Below are positions 34,801-47,390 of a DNA stretch of 64,000 nucleotides, one piece after another; the stretch's first letter is position 1; each line of letters opens with the position of its first letter. Source of the DNA: Minutocellus sp. GHC0000111 (Eukaryota). A model generated the notes under the pieces. It ran no database searches. It saw only the letters and a list, made by a program, of their open reading frames with translations, and was not told where the DNA came from. The stretch is from assembly GCA_977018835.1 (NCBI GenBank), contig OZ361258.1, positions 1,736,001 through 1,800,000 on the forward strand, read 5' to 3'. The translations under genes were made by a program, and so were the position numbers.

Positions 34801-36989
34801 CGGTTGTGCCAAGTCAACCGGTGGTTCTCAGCTTTACAAGTGGAGAGACCAGCTCTACAAAAGCCTTGCTGATGGCATCAGCAATCCCATCGGCAGAAAG
34901 GAGGTTCGTGGAAGGAAGGAAGGCATGCACGGACATGATCGAGGAGAAGGAGCCAGGACATCTCCGCGAGCTGTGTCGGCATGCTGCTCGGATGAAGGGT
35001 GCGATGGCAACCTTTAAGGAGCTAGCTGACTGTATGAGCGCAAAATCAGCTACTCCAGATGAAGACAGGCTGACAATTAGTCTCCATCGTCTTCAGCTTT
35101 TTCGCTGGTGGAAAAAGCAAGGCGGTGAGGAGAAGTCGTCGATCGAGAAGCCGAGGCTCACCCCCGAACGTTGTAGGAAGCGACTTGATTGGATCGAAAA
35201 GTGGGAGGACATTGCGACCGATCCCAACATTCCTGTAGCGCATCTTGATGAAAAGTGGTTTTACACTGCTACTCGGCGACGAAAGCAAGATGTTGCCACT
35301 TTCTGAGGAAGAGCTAAGCAGTCCGAACCTCGCGTCTGTCCATGCTTCCGAGGCAAGCCCGAAAATTCGATCCAGAAGACACCCTGTCAAAGTTATGTGT
35401 CTTGGAGTTGTTGGCCGACCAATGAAGGATGAAACCAAAGACGTTGATTTCAATGGGCGCATCATGATCAAGAGAGTCGCCAGGGAGCAGAAGGTGGAAA
35501 AGCTTACGCGTAATCAGAATTTCTCTCCAGATGCTAAGGTCAACGATGCGCTAAAAAATGACAAAGATTGGCGCGACATTTACGACGAGAATGCTGACAT
35601 GACCGCCGGCCATCTTTGCGACCACATTGCCGAAATCTACGGCCTTTCTGAGTTTGTTACAGAGCGATTGGAACTTCAATACGAGGACTATAAATCCGAC
35701 GGTCAGGCAAAAAGTCGCAAGCATGCCGCTGTTGGCTACAATCAAAAGATCTCGAGTCTCAAGCGACACACTCCTGATAGCAATGTGGAGAGAAGGTGAA
35801 GGTTGAGATCGACGACCTTGAGCTCGGGGTGCGGCATCAACGGGGCGATAAGGTTACCAAGGACTGTAGCTGCGACTCCAAATGGATGTTGGAGACTATG
35901 AATGAGGTCGGGAAGGCGATTCGAGACGCACATCATTGGGTGAAGTGGGATCCACAAAATATTCAGGAGTCTGATGTTATGTGTCTTATGATGGACAATG
36001 CCGGCGGTCATGGGTCCAATGAAGCAGTTGAGAAGTACACCGAGGACCTCAAAAACAAATATAAGATTGAGACAATCCAGCAGGTTCCTCGGTCGCCCGA
36101 GACAAATGTTCTTGATCTCGGCATCTGGATGTCTTTGCAGTCGGCCGTCGAAAAGGAGCATCGCGGTCAGAAGAATGATGCGAATGCTCTTGACAAGACT
36201 GTGATGAAAGTATGGGCCAATGTCGCATCAAAAGAGGCCTTTCTCAATGTATTTGGAAAACTTCCAGTGATATATAACAACATCAAGAGAAGTCGTGGCG
36301 GTAACAATCTTGTGGAGACCAGACGGGGAAAGGCTGGTCTCGCAAAAATTGCCGAGGAAGAAGCTGAAGAGGATGGTGAACCACTCTGGCCAATTGATGC
36401 TCCCGGCGAAGATGATGACATTGAGGACGACATAGATGAAAATGATGAAGACGATGGAGTCATTGATTTGCTACAACTTATCATAGCATGTCCATTTCTA
36501 TTCATTACATTTTGATTTGGTGCTTCCAAAAATGTGCATTTTTTCCCGGGGTGAGGAATGCAAATGTCGAAAAAAATCATCACATAATGTACATTTATTG
36601 GTTCTGGTGCACAATATCTCTCGACTATATGTAGAAGTTGGTGACCATAACTTGGTTCTTGCCCCGACTTCCATCTTGGCCGTCATTTTTTCCTCGGAGT
36701 TAGTTAGAAAAAGTGAGCTTGGATTTTTGGTCTGGTGTGGTCGTGTTTCTAATGCGTCATCATCACGTCACTTTCAAATCCTCTGAACTCGAAATGTAGA
36801 TGGGGTTTCCGGGTAGATTGGTTACGAGCACAATCTGCACGGAAATGCTCCCGGCAGATGGGGGGCAAATCTGCGCAGATTTGGAACCGGGGGGAAAATC
36901 AGGGCAGATTTGGAACCGGGGGGAAAATCAGGGCAGATGGGGCGAAAAATCAGGGCAGATTTTTTTTCCGGGTAGATTGGTCACAACAC
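31878..36989 (+). mobile_element. Tc1/mariner (IS630-Tc1-mariner) DNA transposon, DD39D type, about 5.1 kb
   Basis: Terminal inverted repeats GTGTTGTGACCAATCT(G/A)CCC, subterminal AATCTGCCCTGATTTT / AATCTACCCGGAAA repeats at both ends, and an internal transposase. TSD not recognisable. Confidence 0.85.
33617..36515 (+). pseudogene. DD39D transposase, several frameshifts
   Basis: LDEKWFY, KVMCLGVVGRP, MDNAGGHG...SPETNVLDLG with 39 residues between the 2nd and 3rd Asp. The 5' start is approximate. Confidence 0.88.
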
Positions 36990-37303
36990 GGGCGGGGGGG
37001 GGGGCGCCGGGACGAGAGATTTACGCATTAGAAACATTTTTACACAACTTCGATGGGTACATATAGGAGCCCTTTCACCAAAATTTCACATCGTTTGGTC
37101 CCGTCTCCGAAACATCGGAGGAACTCAAATGAAACGACGAAGGCAAACGACGAAACGCCAAACAAGCAATAGGATCGAAGGTTCGGGTTGGAGCCAATCC
37201 TTGGCAGCAGCACCTCGCACCTCTCGGGTTCCTCAACGCACACATCTATCGTTTGCCCACCAATCAGCAGATATCCCTGCTCTATCAAAAACAAGCAACA
37301 GCA

Positions 37304-39289
37304 ATGAAGCGCGGTATCTTGCCAACCGCTGCTGCTTTGGCCCTCGTCAGCACTTTCGTGGGATCGGCCAATGCAGCCTGGGAGGATCACGACAGTTCCG
37401 TCCGGCAGTACGACCTTGGCCCGCCGATGCTAAGCAATGCACTGCAATGGGTCTCCACCGGATGTCCCGACGGCATTGATTACTGCGGCATGTTGGAGTT
37501 CTGCGAAGATACCAGCGATTTTCCCAACGTTGTCTTTGGCTACAGGCATCCCTGCCTTGGCGACGAAGAGGAGTGCGAATGCAAGGCCGGACCTGGTCCG
37601 ACCATTCGGCTGGAGCCGGGGAACAAGTACCTGCTGACGCTGCGCAATGCCGCCGAGAACGTGGCCAGTGTCACCAACCTGCACACTCAGTGAGTTCTCG
37701 TTGAGCATTGTTTGTGGCACGAAATGAACCTGTTTTTGTCCACATGCATGTTTGTACTTTATGCAAGTCTACCCGTCGCCTTCTTTGTTTGTGCATTTTC
37801 CGCCACTCATTACTTACACACGCATATTTTTATGTGATGCGTATCTTCTCGTCGCCTTCCCTGTAGTGGCCTCCACATTGTTGGCGCTGGAAATGGAGAC
37901 GACGTGACCCGTTACGTAAACGGCGGTGGAAACTGCCTCGACTATGTGTGGGATATCACTGACGACCATCCCGGCGGAACGTACTGGTATCACGCTCACA
38001 AGCACGGATTCACGGAACCACAGGTCAATGGCGGCGCTTACGGCATGCTCATCGTCGAGGATAACAAGATTATCAACCCCGATACGCCGGAGTGGGCAAC
38101 CAACGAAATTCTGCTCATGGTGGCCCGTATCAACGGAGAGATCTATGGCAATGGCAACCAGAACGAAATCATTCGCATGGATGCCAACCAGTGGTATCGG
38201 TTGCGAGTCGGCATCGTGGATGTGCTGGCCGAACCGGACTGGCTGACCTTTGGCAGCGGCTGTGAGATCCATCAGGTGGCTGCCGATGGCATCTGGCGGT
38301 CCAAGGTACCCGGCCCGGCCAAGTCCAAGTTCTACCTGACGGGTTCGTCCCGTGCCGACTTTGCCATCCGGTGTGCCTCTTCGTTCCATGTGCTGTTCGG
38401 CGGTGCCAAGGCCGCGACTGTATACGTCGGTGCCGTCCACCCCGATCCGTTTGAGATGGAGGACTGGGTTCCCAAGCGCCCTCGGTCTCTGCAGGGCATT
38501 TCCGAAGCCGTGGTACCTCCCGAGAATACATTCGATGTGGAATTGACCAGAGAGGGAATTAATAATATTCTGTGGGACCCGACCACTCCCCTCACCACCG
38601 TTGCATACAACGAAGTCCATGAGTGGACACTGACCAGATCCAAAACTCATCCATTCCACCTGCATTTGTATCACGTCCTCGTCGTCCAGCCCGGGGGCTG
38701 CGGTGAACAGCATGAGGAGGGAGAGTTCTACGACTCCATCTCGGGTAACGAGTACGAGGAGTGCAAGGTGCGATTCAAGGCCAGCGACGTTGGCCAACGA
38801 TGCGTCTTGCATTGTCACGTATTTAACCACGAAGACAATGGCGCCATGGGCTGGGTGGACGTCGTTGGTCCAAACATGCCTCGCAACGATGAAGTCAGTC
38901 CTCAGTATTCGTGCCCAGCCATCCCGAGGTGGACATCTGCGCCAACCACCCTGGCTCCTCCTCCGACAAGACGGCCGGCGACGAGTCCTGGAGATGCATC
39001 TGTCTCTTCGACTGAAGCTACTCCAAGCGATGGCAAATTGGTCCAAGAGGATGAAAATTGCAGTCCCTTGGGAGAGAAGGCTGTAGAGTGCGGCGCCAGA
39101 CCGCAAGATGGTCGGGGAGAGACCTGCTGTGGAGGTCTGACATGTGGTGGCGACCGGGGCAAGGTATGCGTTGAGAACATGGAAGATGCGTTCTCCACTG
39201 CATCAAGCACCACCAGCAGTGCTTCTGTAGTATCAGCCGGATTTATATTTTCACTCGGCTTCGGAGTTGTCGTATGTCTCTTTGTCTAA
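37304..39289 (+). CDS. Multicopper oxidase, secreted with C-terminal membrane anchor, 2 exons
   Basis: Signal peptide; TNLHTHGLH spans intron 37690-37866; GTYWYHAHKHG; HPFHLH; HCHVFNHEDNGAM; hydrophobic C-terminus. Confidence 0.92.
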
Positions 39290-39375
39290 AAAAACCTAAC
39301 TGGGCAAAGGAGGCGCCGGCGCATTTGTTATACACCGGTTTCCGACTGACCTCAATCAGTGTCGTAGATCTAGTA

Positions 39376-39553
39376 CAGTCCGTCCCCGAAAATAAGCATA
39401 TCCATTCTGGAGCTGAGGTCTCAATATGCTTATTTTGGAATAAGGCATTTTAACACGAATGAGATACCAATTGCTTCTTAGAATAAGCAATAGGCCCAAA
39501 ATCTGAGGTCTCAAACAAGCATGTCAAATATGCTTATTTTCGGGGACGGACTG
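39376..39553. mobile_element. MITE (Tc1/mariner/pogo-type), 178 bp
   Basis: Perfect 26-bp TIR CAGTCCGTCCCCGAAAATAAGCATAT flanked by TA on both sides. Confidence 0.92.
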
Positions 39554-39865
39554 TAGATCTAGATCTCTAGGTCCAGTTCTAACTCGTAGTCTAGCATGTT
39601 TAGATTTTTGTGTTTTGCAGCTCTACTACATGTACTACGTAGTTCTTCTAGATATACTACACCTGCCTGCCTCTCCGTACGCAGCGTGATTATTGGTGAG
39701 TGGTTCGCATCGTGTGTGCGAACCCCGACCCGCAGGCGGAGATTCGATCACGCGTGCTGAATGAATCTCATGAAAGAAGCAAAAGCCAAATTCGGTGGGC
39801 ATGTTGCGCAATAAAAGAGATATATGCACTCCTGATAACAGAAGAGGGCATGCTTTACGACTAGC

Positions 39866-42040
39866 ATGCTTTCTCAACATCAGACTTCAATGCCATCGGT
39901 GGCAGGTGAAGAAGAATTGAAGATCGCCACGGCTTCGTCGAACTCATCATACTCATATCATCGCACCTACGGTTCCACCAGCTGCAATCGTTCACAGCCA
40001 GCAACGCAATCTTCATCTCTGAACTCGCAAGCAACTGCAACCACTTCTGCACTAACTTCATCTGAAAGCAATGCTTCTTTGAATTACTCCTCATCGGCTT
40101 CTGAACAATCATTACTATTACCTTTGGATCCTATGAACGGAGAATATCTTGTGCCTCTTCGATTTGACGATGGCAACGACGGCGATATTGGCAACGACCA
40201 GACTATATGTACTAGGACGACCCATTGTCGCACAGATACCAACGCAGCGGTATCCAGCAACCTGCCACCAAGCTTACCTTCCGAGTCGTCCCTGATCTCG
40301 GCCTGGCTGCCAAACGACGACTTCGTGAACACGAACTCAAAGATGTCACCAGAGAAGACAGGGGCTGGATTTTTTGTCGTCTGTGGCAATTGCTAGGATT
40401 TGAAAGCAATCCAATGAGGGATTCGCCAGATCTACGTTTAGCAATGCTTTCCAATCTATCTACATCTTACAATGTGGTGAACATATCGATAGCGCTACAG
40501 CTTATGCTGCAATCCTCTACCATTCAGTCCTACATTGACCAGGAAACATCAACAGTAACACAGGGAGTTTGCTCCGCTGCTCTCATAGGTGGAATGATGC
40601 TGGGTCAGCTGTTGGGTGGTGTTGTGGGGGATGCAGTAGGACGACATGTCGCTCTAACATTGGCCATGATGCTTCAGATTGGCTCCTCCGTCGGAAGTGC
40701 ATGCGTGACTATGCAGGCATCATCTGGAGGAGGGGAACACAACTGGACTATATTTCACACATTGGCAGTATGGAGATTCTTGAACGGTGTCGGCTGCGGA
40801 AGTGTTTACCCATTGGCAGCAACTCTCACTGCAGAATCCACAGATGATAAGGAATCTCGCGGCAAACTCGTTGCCTTGACATTTTCAATGCAGGGTGTTG
40901 GCTACATGCTTGTTCCGATTGCCGCTGTCGTCTTGATCGGTCTATTCGGCGAGGACAATGATTATACTTGGAGATTACTTTTGGCAGGTGGAGCTGTACC
41001 TGGCATCATCCAGATGACTCTTCGATTACAGCGAAGAACGAAAGCAAATGCCTTGTCGCCAAGCAAACACATTCGTCCTAGCAGTACTCACAATGATAGC
41101 GTATCTTCTTCATCTGCAGCAAAACAAGTGCTTCATTCTATCCGAGAAGAGAAGTATATAATCCGAAAGCTCATGGGCACTGGGGCAACGTGGTTTCTGT
41201 TTGATATTCTATTCTACGGAAACGTCCTCTTCCAGCGAGTCGTCCTTCAGGCAGCCTTTGGTAGGAACGAAACAATCATTGCAACCGTGCTGGATACATT
41301 AGTGATTTCTCTTATTGCCCTCCCAGGATACTTCGTCAGCGTGGCTCGGATAGGTAGATATGTTACACCGAAGTTCATCCAGCTGCAGGGCTTCGCAATG
41401 ATGTCTATTCTGTATTCAGTCATTGGTCTCAATTTTTATTCACTGGCGGAAACGAAAGTCTTACTCATATTTCTATGCAGTGCTACATTCTTCTTCTCGA
41501 ACTATGGGCCCAACGCATCAACCTTCATGCTTCCCTCTATGACGTTCAGTCATTCAAGCCGTTCCACACTCAATGGGGTATGTGCTGCGTTAGGAAAGGC
41601 AGGGGCATTGCTTGGTGCACTTCTTTTCAAGCCTGCATCACAAAGATTTGGTGACCCGACAGTCCTGATCATATGCTCCTTCATATCGGTGGTAAGTGCC
41701 TTGCCATCGTATTTGTTGTTTATTGCGCAGCGCTTTTCTATGTGTCATACTCTATCTACATGACCTCAACTAGATTCGATATTCTCTGTTCCCTACACAC
41801 GTACATACATACGTGTACATGTAGACCGGCTTTGTCTTAACTTTCTTTTGTGTTCGAGACGAGGTGGGCCTAGGGCATAAGATCAATTTTGATGAGACCG
41901 ACACAGAAGCACTACTGCAAGTGAGTGATGTAATGACCACTCCAAAGAAGCGTAGCTTGCAGAAAGAGAGCGTCGACATGCATCCTAGGCTAGCCAGGGC
42001 ACGTTCAAGCGCCCCATCTTTGCTGGACTTTTGGAAATGA
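39866..42040 (+). CDS. MFS inorganic phosphate:H+ symporter (PHO84/PHT1-like); frameshift in T-run at about 40370
   Basis: GDAVGR, WRFLNGVGCGSVYPLAATLTAES, FSMQGVG, TWFLFDILFYGN, NYGPNASTF, AALGKAGA. Intron about 41692-41824. Confidence 0.88.
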
Positions 42041-42196
42041 GAACATTTTTCAACTACATGGGAATATCAATCGCTCGCTGGTTCGGCACCCACTGAAACT
42101 AATTGGTACGATCGTAATGTGTATACAATTGTCACACGGTACCACTATTCTCGTACAATTATCTCTAGTTTTTGTCTAAAACAAAATGGATGGACT

Positions 42197-43936
42197 CTAA
42201 GAGATGATGGAATTGTCCTCTTGAACGGTGGTTGGGGGCGTACTGATCTCCTCGTGAGAGTAATCTCCACTAATGATGTTTTGGCTCACGACGCAGCCAA
42301 CATTCTCAACAAAAGCGTTGGGATTGGCAATCTTGATGCCATATCGCGTGCCGTGGCTCAAGAAATCGATGATGATGTTGTTTGAGATATTGGCCCCGTT
42401 GATGTTAGCATCGCCATAGATTCCGGCGTTGTGATCTTCATTCCACTTCATGAGCTCTTCTCGATCATCGCCGACGCCAAAGTTTTCAATGCGATTGTTT
42501 TGGATGGAATGTGATCACTGTCTTGAATGAATATCCCAGAATAGTCCGTGCGACTGATGGAATTGTGTGTGACGATGGCCTGGTGGGTCTGATCGATCTC
42601 AATGCCGAGGAAGTGCGTGTCGAAAATCTGATTGCCAGTTAGTTTGATCCCACCCGCCCTGTAGGTCTTGGGCGTCAAGATTTCACCCGTCTCCTCGGAC
42701 TTGTGATCAATTTGTCGTGTGACTTTGATACCGGAATTACGAGATCGGATAATCTTGTTGTCCTGGATGTACACATTCCGAGCAGGGACGGTTACAAAGA
42801 TACCATACGTCTCGCTCTCGAGGACGGTGTTTTGATTGCATGTAGTATCAATATTCATAAAGAGCGAAATGCCACCCTGAGACGAGGTGAAAATAAATAC
42901 AAGATGAGGATGAAGTGCAAGTGAGCACATTAAATGAGCTCTCTGAAAGTATAGAGTCAGGCCTAAAGTCCTACATATACATAGCGTGCATGATATCACT
43001 CACCTTGGTGACCTTGTTGTTGTTGACGCGTCCATCCCTCTGCATGGTGAAGGTCAGAGCATCGCCTTCGTAATCAGAATAAATGATTGTATTTTCCACC
43101 ACATTGCCTCGATCCAAATCACCGGCATTGTACGCGTCGATGGTCTCCTGCCCATCGGCATAGCGATTGCTAGGCCCGGCGAAGAAGATGCCGTACATCT
43201 TGGGACTTGTGAAGACTATGGTGTCGACGATGGACACATCAGAGGAAGAAACGACACCAACCACCTCCCACATCCGCTGACTCTTTTCGTTGGCGTGCTT
43301 GGCATCGAGCGTTAGCTGGGAGATGCTAATGTCCTCGGTGTCAAAGATGACCAGAAACGAGTAATCGCCGGTGAATTTGAGGATGGTATTCTCCCTGCTT
43401 TCGCCACGAATTTTCAGATGTCGATTGTGCTTGCCAATGATGACCGAAGTGGATATTTCGTACGTGCCGTCCTTGATGTAGATCTGTGTGTGTCCCGCTT
43501 CGAGCGCATCGGGAAGGTTGCGATACTGCCCGTCGTTGTCCTGCGACACGATGGTCCAGTCGGTGTTGTGGCCGGAGGGTCCTCCCGGGCCATCGGATCC
43601 GGATTCACCCGGTCCGTCGAGGCCACATTTGGTGTAGCTAATGAGTGTTGCGCCCGTGCCACTTCCTCCAGAGTCGGTGGTCACACCGCTGGCATCGTCG
43701 GTGACGGTGACCAAGCTGTCCTGGGGTTGCTGGGCGGCACCCCGAAGGGCCGAGGCGGGAGAGACGAAGAGGATGGTGAAAAGGAGGAGGGCAGAAATGA
43801 CAAACTTTACTTGGGACGGCTCGCGAAAGCGACGAGAGCACATCATGTGTGACTGCCGAGGAGCAGTAGCCTCGGCAGATTCAGCAGCATTAAAGGGGCC
43901 GCTATTGGCTGGGCAGTATCCGCGTTGCCGTTTCAT
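42197..43936 (-). CDS. Right-handed parallel beta-helix (pectin-lyase-like) protein; frameshifts near the 3' end
   Basis: LPDALEAG..IYIKDGTYEIS..LKIRGESRENTIL followed by PbH1-like repeats (YGIFV, SGIKV, LGIEI, SGIFI). Intron 43003-42877. Confidence 0.8.
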
Positions 43937-44325
43937 ATCTCGTTGCTTCGTTGGATGGAATCGAATGAGGAGACTGAACTGCTGGCGCTTTGAGACGAGA
44001 AATCCGGTCATCCACCGATGCCAGGGTGACTTTGCAGTGACTGTTGAATATCTAAGAATTGAATTAGTAGTAAGTTGGGGGATTGGGATAAATTTATTAT
44101 TGTGTTATGGTAATGAAGAGGAACAAAACGATTCAAACACTACTAACGTATTTCAATTTACATAACTCTGTAGAGTCTGATAAACAAACACCTAAAATGA
44201 CGGTCTCAGCTCTCGCGAGAATTGCATTATTTCTTTCGTCCTCTTCAGTTTGTCTCTGCTCTTTCCTCTAAATTCACCACCGCTCTCTGCCTCCTTTTGC
44301 CCAAATATAGATTATAATAGCACCG

Positions 44326-45276
44326 ATGTCGACAGCCTCGGCCCGCCGTCGTCGGCCCCACAGCTTCGCCTTCACCAGCATGACATTTGCATGTGCTACA
44401 ATTCTGAACGGTGGCAGCAAAAGCAATGGTGGCACCTCTCTTTTTGCTCACGCCCTGTCCAAGAGCATCGTATCGGGCCCAACCAAATGTCCCGACGTGC
44501 AAAAAGTTCAAAAGGGCAGCTACGTGAGACTTCACTACACTGGAACTATTGCCGATACTTCCAAGAGCGGTGTTCCAGGCACCAAGTTTGACTCTTCCTA
44601 TGATTCAGTTACTTCTAGTTCTGCCACAGACGGTGACGAACCCCAACCCTTCGAAACGCAGGTGGGGGTGGGCAAACTGATCAAGGGATGGGATTTGGGC
44701 CTGCTCGGCCTCTGCCTGGGCACCAAGGCTCGGCTCACTATCCCCCCAAGTCAGGCATACGGTCAGCGGGTTTCTCCACCGGGCATTCCTCCCGGCGCCA
44801 CTCTTCAGTTCGACGTTGAGATTGTGGACGTTGCCAACTACAAGGAGAGACAAGTTGTGATCGACGTCCTACCTGGAGAGGGAGGAGGGGACAACCTCTT
44901 TGCTCTCATCGATACCAACCGCGACGGAAGATTGGATGAACAAGAGCTGCAGCACTTCTTCTCTCAGCAGGGCAGTGATACGGTTCCTCCCGAGGTATGG
45001 CGAGACGACGTCGATCAAGATGGCATGATCAGTTGGATAGAATTCACCGGGCCCAAGGGCGACGGACCACCTACCATGGAAGATATGAAGAAGAAGATGG
45101 AAGAGCAGGACCGTCTCAAGGAGGAGGAGCGGAAGAGATTGGAGAAAGAGGCGAGGCAAATTCCAGATGAGGATTTAACGCCTGCCGCAACAGCGGCAAG
45201 GAGGAAGCTGAGGGCCAAAAGAGCGAACAGGAGAAAAACGACCAATGATGGCGAAGGTGCTCAAGGTGCGAAATAG
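44326..45276 (+). CDS. FKBP-type peptidyl-prolyl isomerase with two EF-hands (FKBP7/14-like)
   Basis: VRLHYTG, KFDSSY, LIKGWDLGL, IPPSQAYG, IPPGATLQFDVE; DTNRDGRLDEQE and DVDQDGMISWIE. Confidence 0.9.
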   Translation: MSTASARRRRPHSFAFTSMTFACATILNGGSKSNGGTSLFAHALSKSIVSGPTKCPDVQKVQKGSYVRLHYTGTIADTSKSGVPGTKFDSSYDSVTSSSATDGDEPQPFETQVGVGKLIKGWDLGLLGLCLGTKARLTIPPSQAYGQRVSPPGIPPGATLQFDVEIVDVANYKERQVVIDVLPGEGGGDNLFALIDTNRDGRLDEQELQHFFSQQGSDTVPPEVWRDDVDQDGMISWIEFTGPKGDGPPTMEDMKKKMEEQDRLKEEERKRLEKEARQIPDEDLTPAATAARRKLRAKRANRRKTTNDGEGAQGAK

Positions 45277-45548
45277 ATACATTTTTGGGGCAAACTGATT
45301 TACAAATGAATGTTGGATAGTAAAGGCAAGTTAAATTTATTCAATTTTCGTCTTTCATAGGTAACTGTAATATGTATCTCATGTCAGCAAAATCTACTAC
45401 ATGTTGAACAAGCCTCCACCAATCGGTTGCAGAGATGTAGGCCTATGCGCATCACTAACATAATAGGACATGCAGCTCGTCAAATCTCTACTACTAGCTA
45501 GGTCCCAGGACTTTTTTGTTCAGGCAGCAAGCATGGGCACTTGCCGGC

Positions 45549-46295
45549 CTATGCACCTTTGGCTACTACTTGCCTCTGGATACGTCTCTTTCGTTGGCGT
45601 AAATGAAGTCTCTCTTGTGTCGGGATAAGATCTGGTATGATCTCGAGCTCTTTTGGTAGAAGTTTTTCCTCTCCAAGAGATTCAAAGAGGGAAGAAGCGG
45701 ATGAAAAGAGGGTGCTCTTGGCGTCATGGAAGGTACTGGCGTCTTCGTTACCGGTGTTTCCGAAGTCAACGATGAGCTCATCGCCGCCCAACGCGTCGAG
45801 ACTTAGACTGTCTTCGTCACCGTCGGAGGGGAGGTGATCGTGAAAAGGCGTCGGCCTATTTTTACTTTGACGTTCTCGGATTATATCTAGGCCCTCGAAC
45901 TGGACGATCAAGTCGTCCTTCTTCTTGGGCTTCTCGACATTCAAGCCATCTCGAGATCCATAGTACTTGGTCAGGAGGCGTGATCTCTCAGTCATGGAAA
46001 GACGAGAGCGGATGCGAAAATTCGTTTGAGGAGGAGGCTTTGATCGTTCGTAGATCTCAATGGGCGTAGCGTGAGGATGATCGAAGAACTCCCACCCCAA
46101 GCCCAGCGCAGGACCATCTTCATTCGTCAGAACGATGCGCTCATGTCGACGAACGTGGACCGTGTCGAAGACTACGACCTTGTTCCGATCCTGCTGCTGG
46201 TTGGCTCCACTTTCACGGACCATCTTGGGTCGCAACTTCTTGATGTATTTTTTCGTTGCCTCTTTGTGCCCAGCGCTATCGTCGGCTGGCATCAT
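45549..46295 (-). CDS. Hypothetical protein with diatom-type VxFxxVxVRxH...GPxLGLGW motif
   Basis: Intact ORF; motif VVFDTVHVRRHERIV...GPALGLGWEF. Confidence 0.65.
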   Translation of the reverse strand: MMPADDSAGHKEATKKYIKKLRPKMVRESGANQQQDRNKVVVFDTVHVRRHERIVLTNEDGPALGLGWEFFDHPHATPIEIYERSKPPPQTNFRIRSRLSMTERSRLLTKYYGSRDGLNVEKPKKKDDLIVQFEGLDIIRERQSKNRPTPFHDHLPSDGDEDSLSLDALGGDELIVDFGNTGNEDASTFHDAKSTLFSSASSLFESLGEEKLLPKELEIIPDLIPTQERLHLRQRKRRIQRQVVAKGA

Positions 46296-47390
46296 GTCGT
46301 TGATCTGGCTTCATATCTTTCGCTTGAGTTAAACCAGATTTTATTTTTTCACTTTTTCTCTAGAAGAATCCAAGCGGTTCCATGTTCCAAGGTCGTGAAT
46401 AAACGTGGTAATGGGTGCAAGCTGTTGCGTGGCTATTTGTAATAATATTATGCTCGTGTTGTGCAGTTGGCTTCGGCGGCCCCGCAGTTCGGCCTCGTTC
46501 GCTTTTTGATGCGCGCGGCAATGCCAACAAACCAATACAAGTAACCTGTGCGAGGTGACATGATCATACAATAGCCCATGCAGTCTGAGATTGCAGAAAG
46601 TGGAACAGAAAGTGGAACAGAAAGTGAAACACGTCAAAGCCACGATCACAAAGACAGCGTCAATGTCACGGCAGGCAACACCAATTTACCTTCAAGATCT
46701 AATTTATGCCCTGCAATCTAACACGGCAGTACAGTGCGGCACGAGCTTGTAGGCCTAATCATCTGTGGTCGGTCTACGGCGCATGTACATTGAAGGTTCC
46801 AACGCGGGTGCCCGTTACGTACATGTACATGCAGCGGCAAAGCTCATACGGTTTTTGGCATTTTCGCGGCAACAGCAGTGCCAGCTGGGCCAAGCAAGTC
46901 ACGCAATTAAGGGGAACGTGGTACATGTAGGCAGTGCCAACGCAAAGTACATGTACGTGTACCTAGAGGTACATGTACGCTCTTGCAGTCACAGCTCAGA
47001 GGCTCGGCCCAACTGAGGACCAATGCGTCAATGGTGGCTGGCCGGTTAGCCCGATGATTCATTAATTCATGGAACACAGCAGTGTAATATGCAACTCGGA
47101 ACTGAAATACCAATGCGTATTAGGAGGGCACATGTTGTCTAAGTTCGCCGATCTTGGCGATTCGGACATCACTGGTACATGTAAATGCAGGTTCAGGTAG
47201 ATGCAGCATCTGAAGGGCCGTCTGGGGATAGTAAGATTATTCCGGATGCCTTCTTACGGTACAAAACAACAAAGTGCTCTCATTCCTGCGTTGCTTCTAC
47301 AACTCCCTCTTTTATGGAGCATATTTCATGAAATTAAATCCTTTCTAATTTTTTCTCCACAGACTTCTCCCTTCTTGTCCACATGTTCAT

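Noticed and set aside
46594..46632. 12-bp tandem repeat AGAAAGTGGAAC x3 (and a GTGACTGTGCTG repeat at about 51550)
   Set aside because: Ordinary minisatellites with no supporting context.
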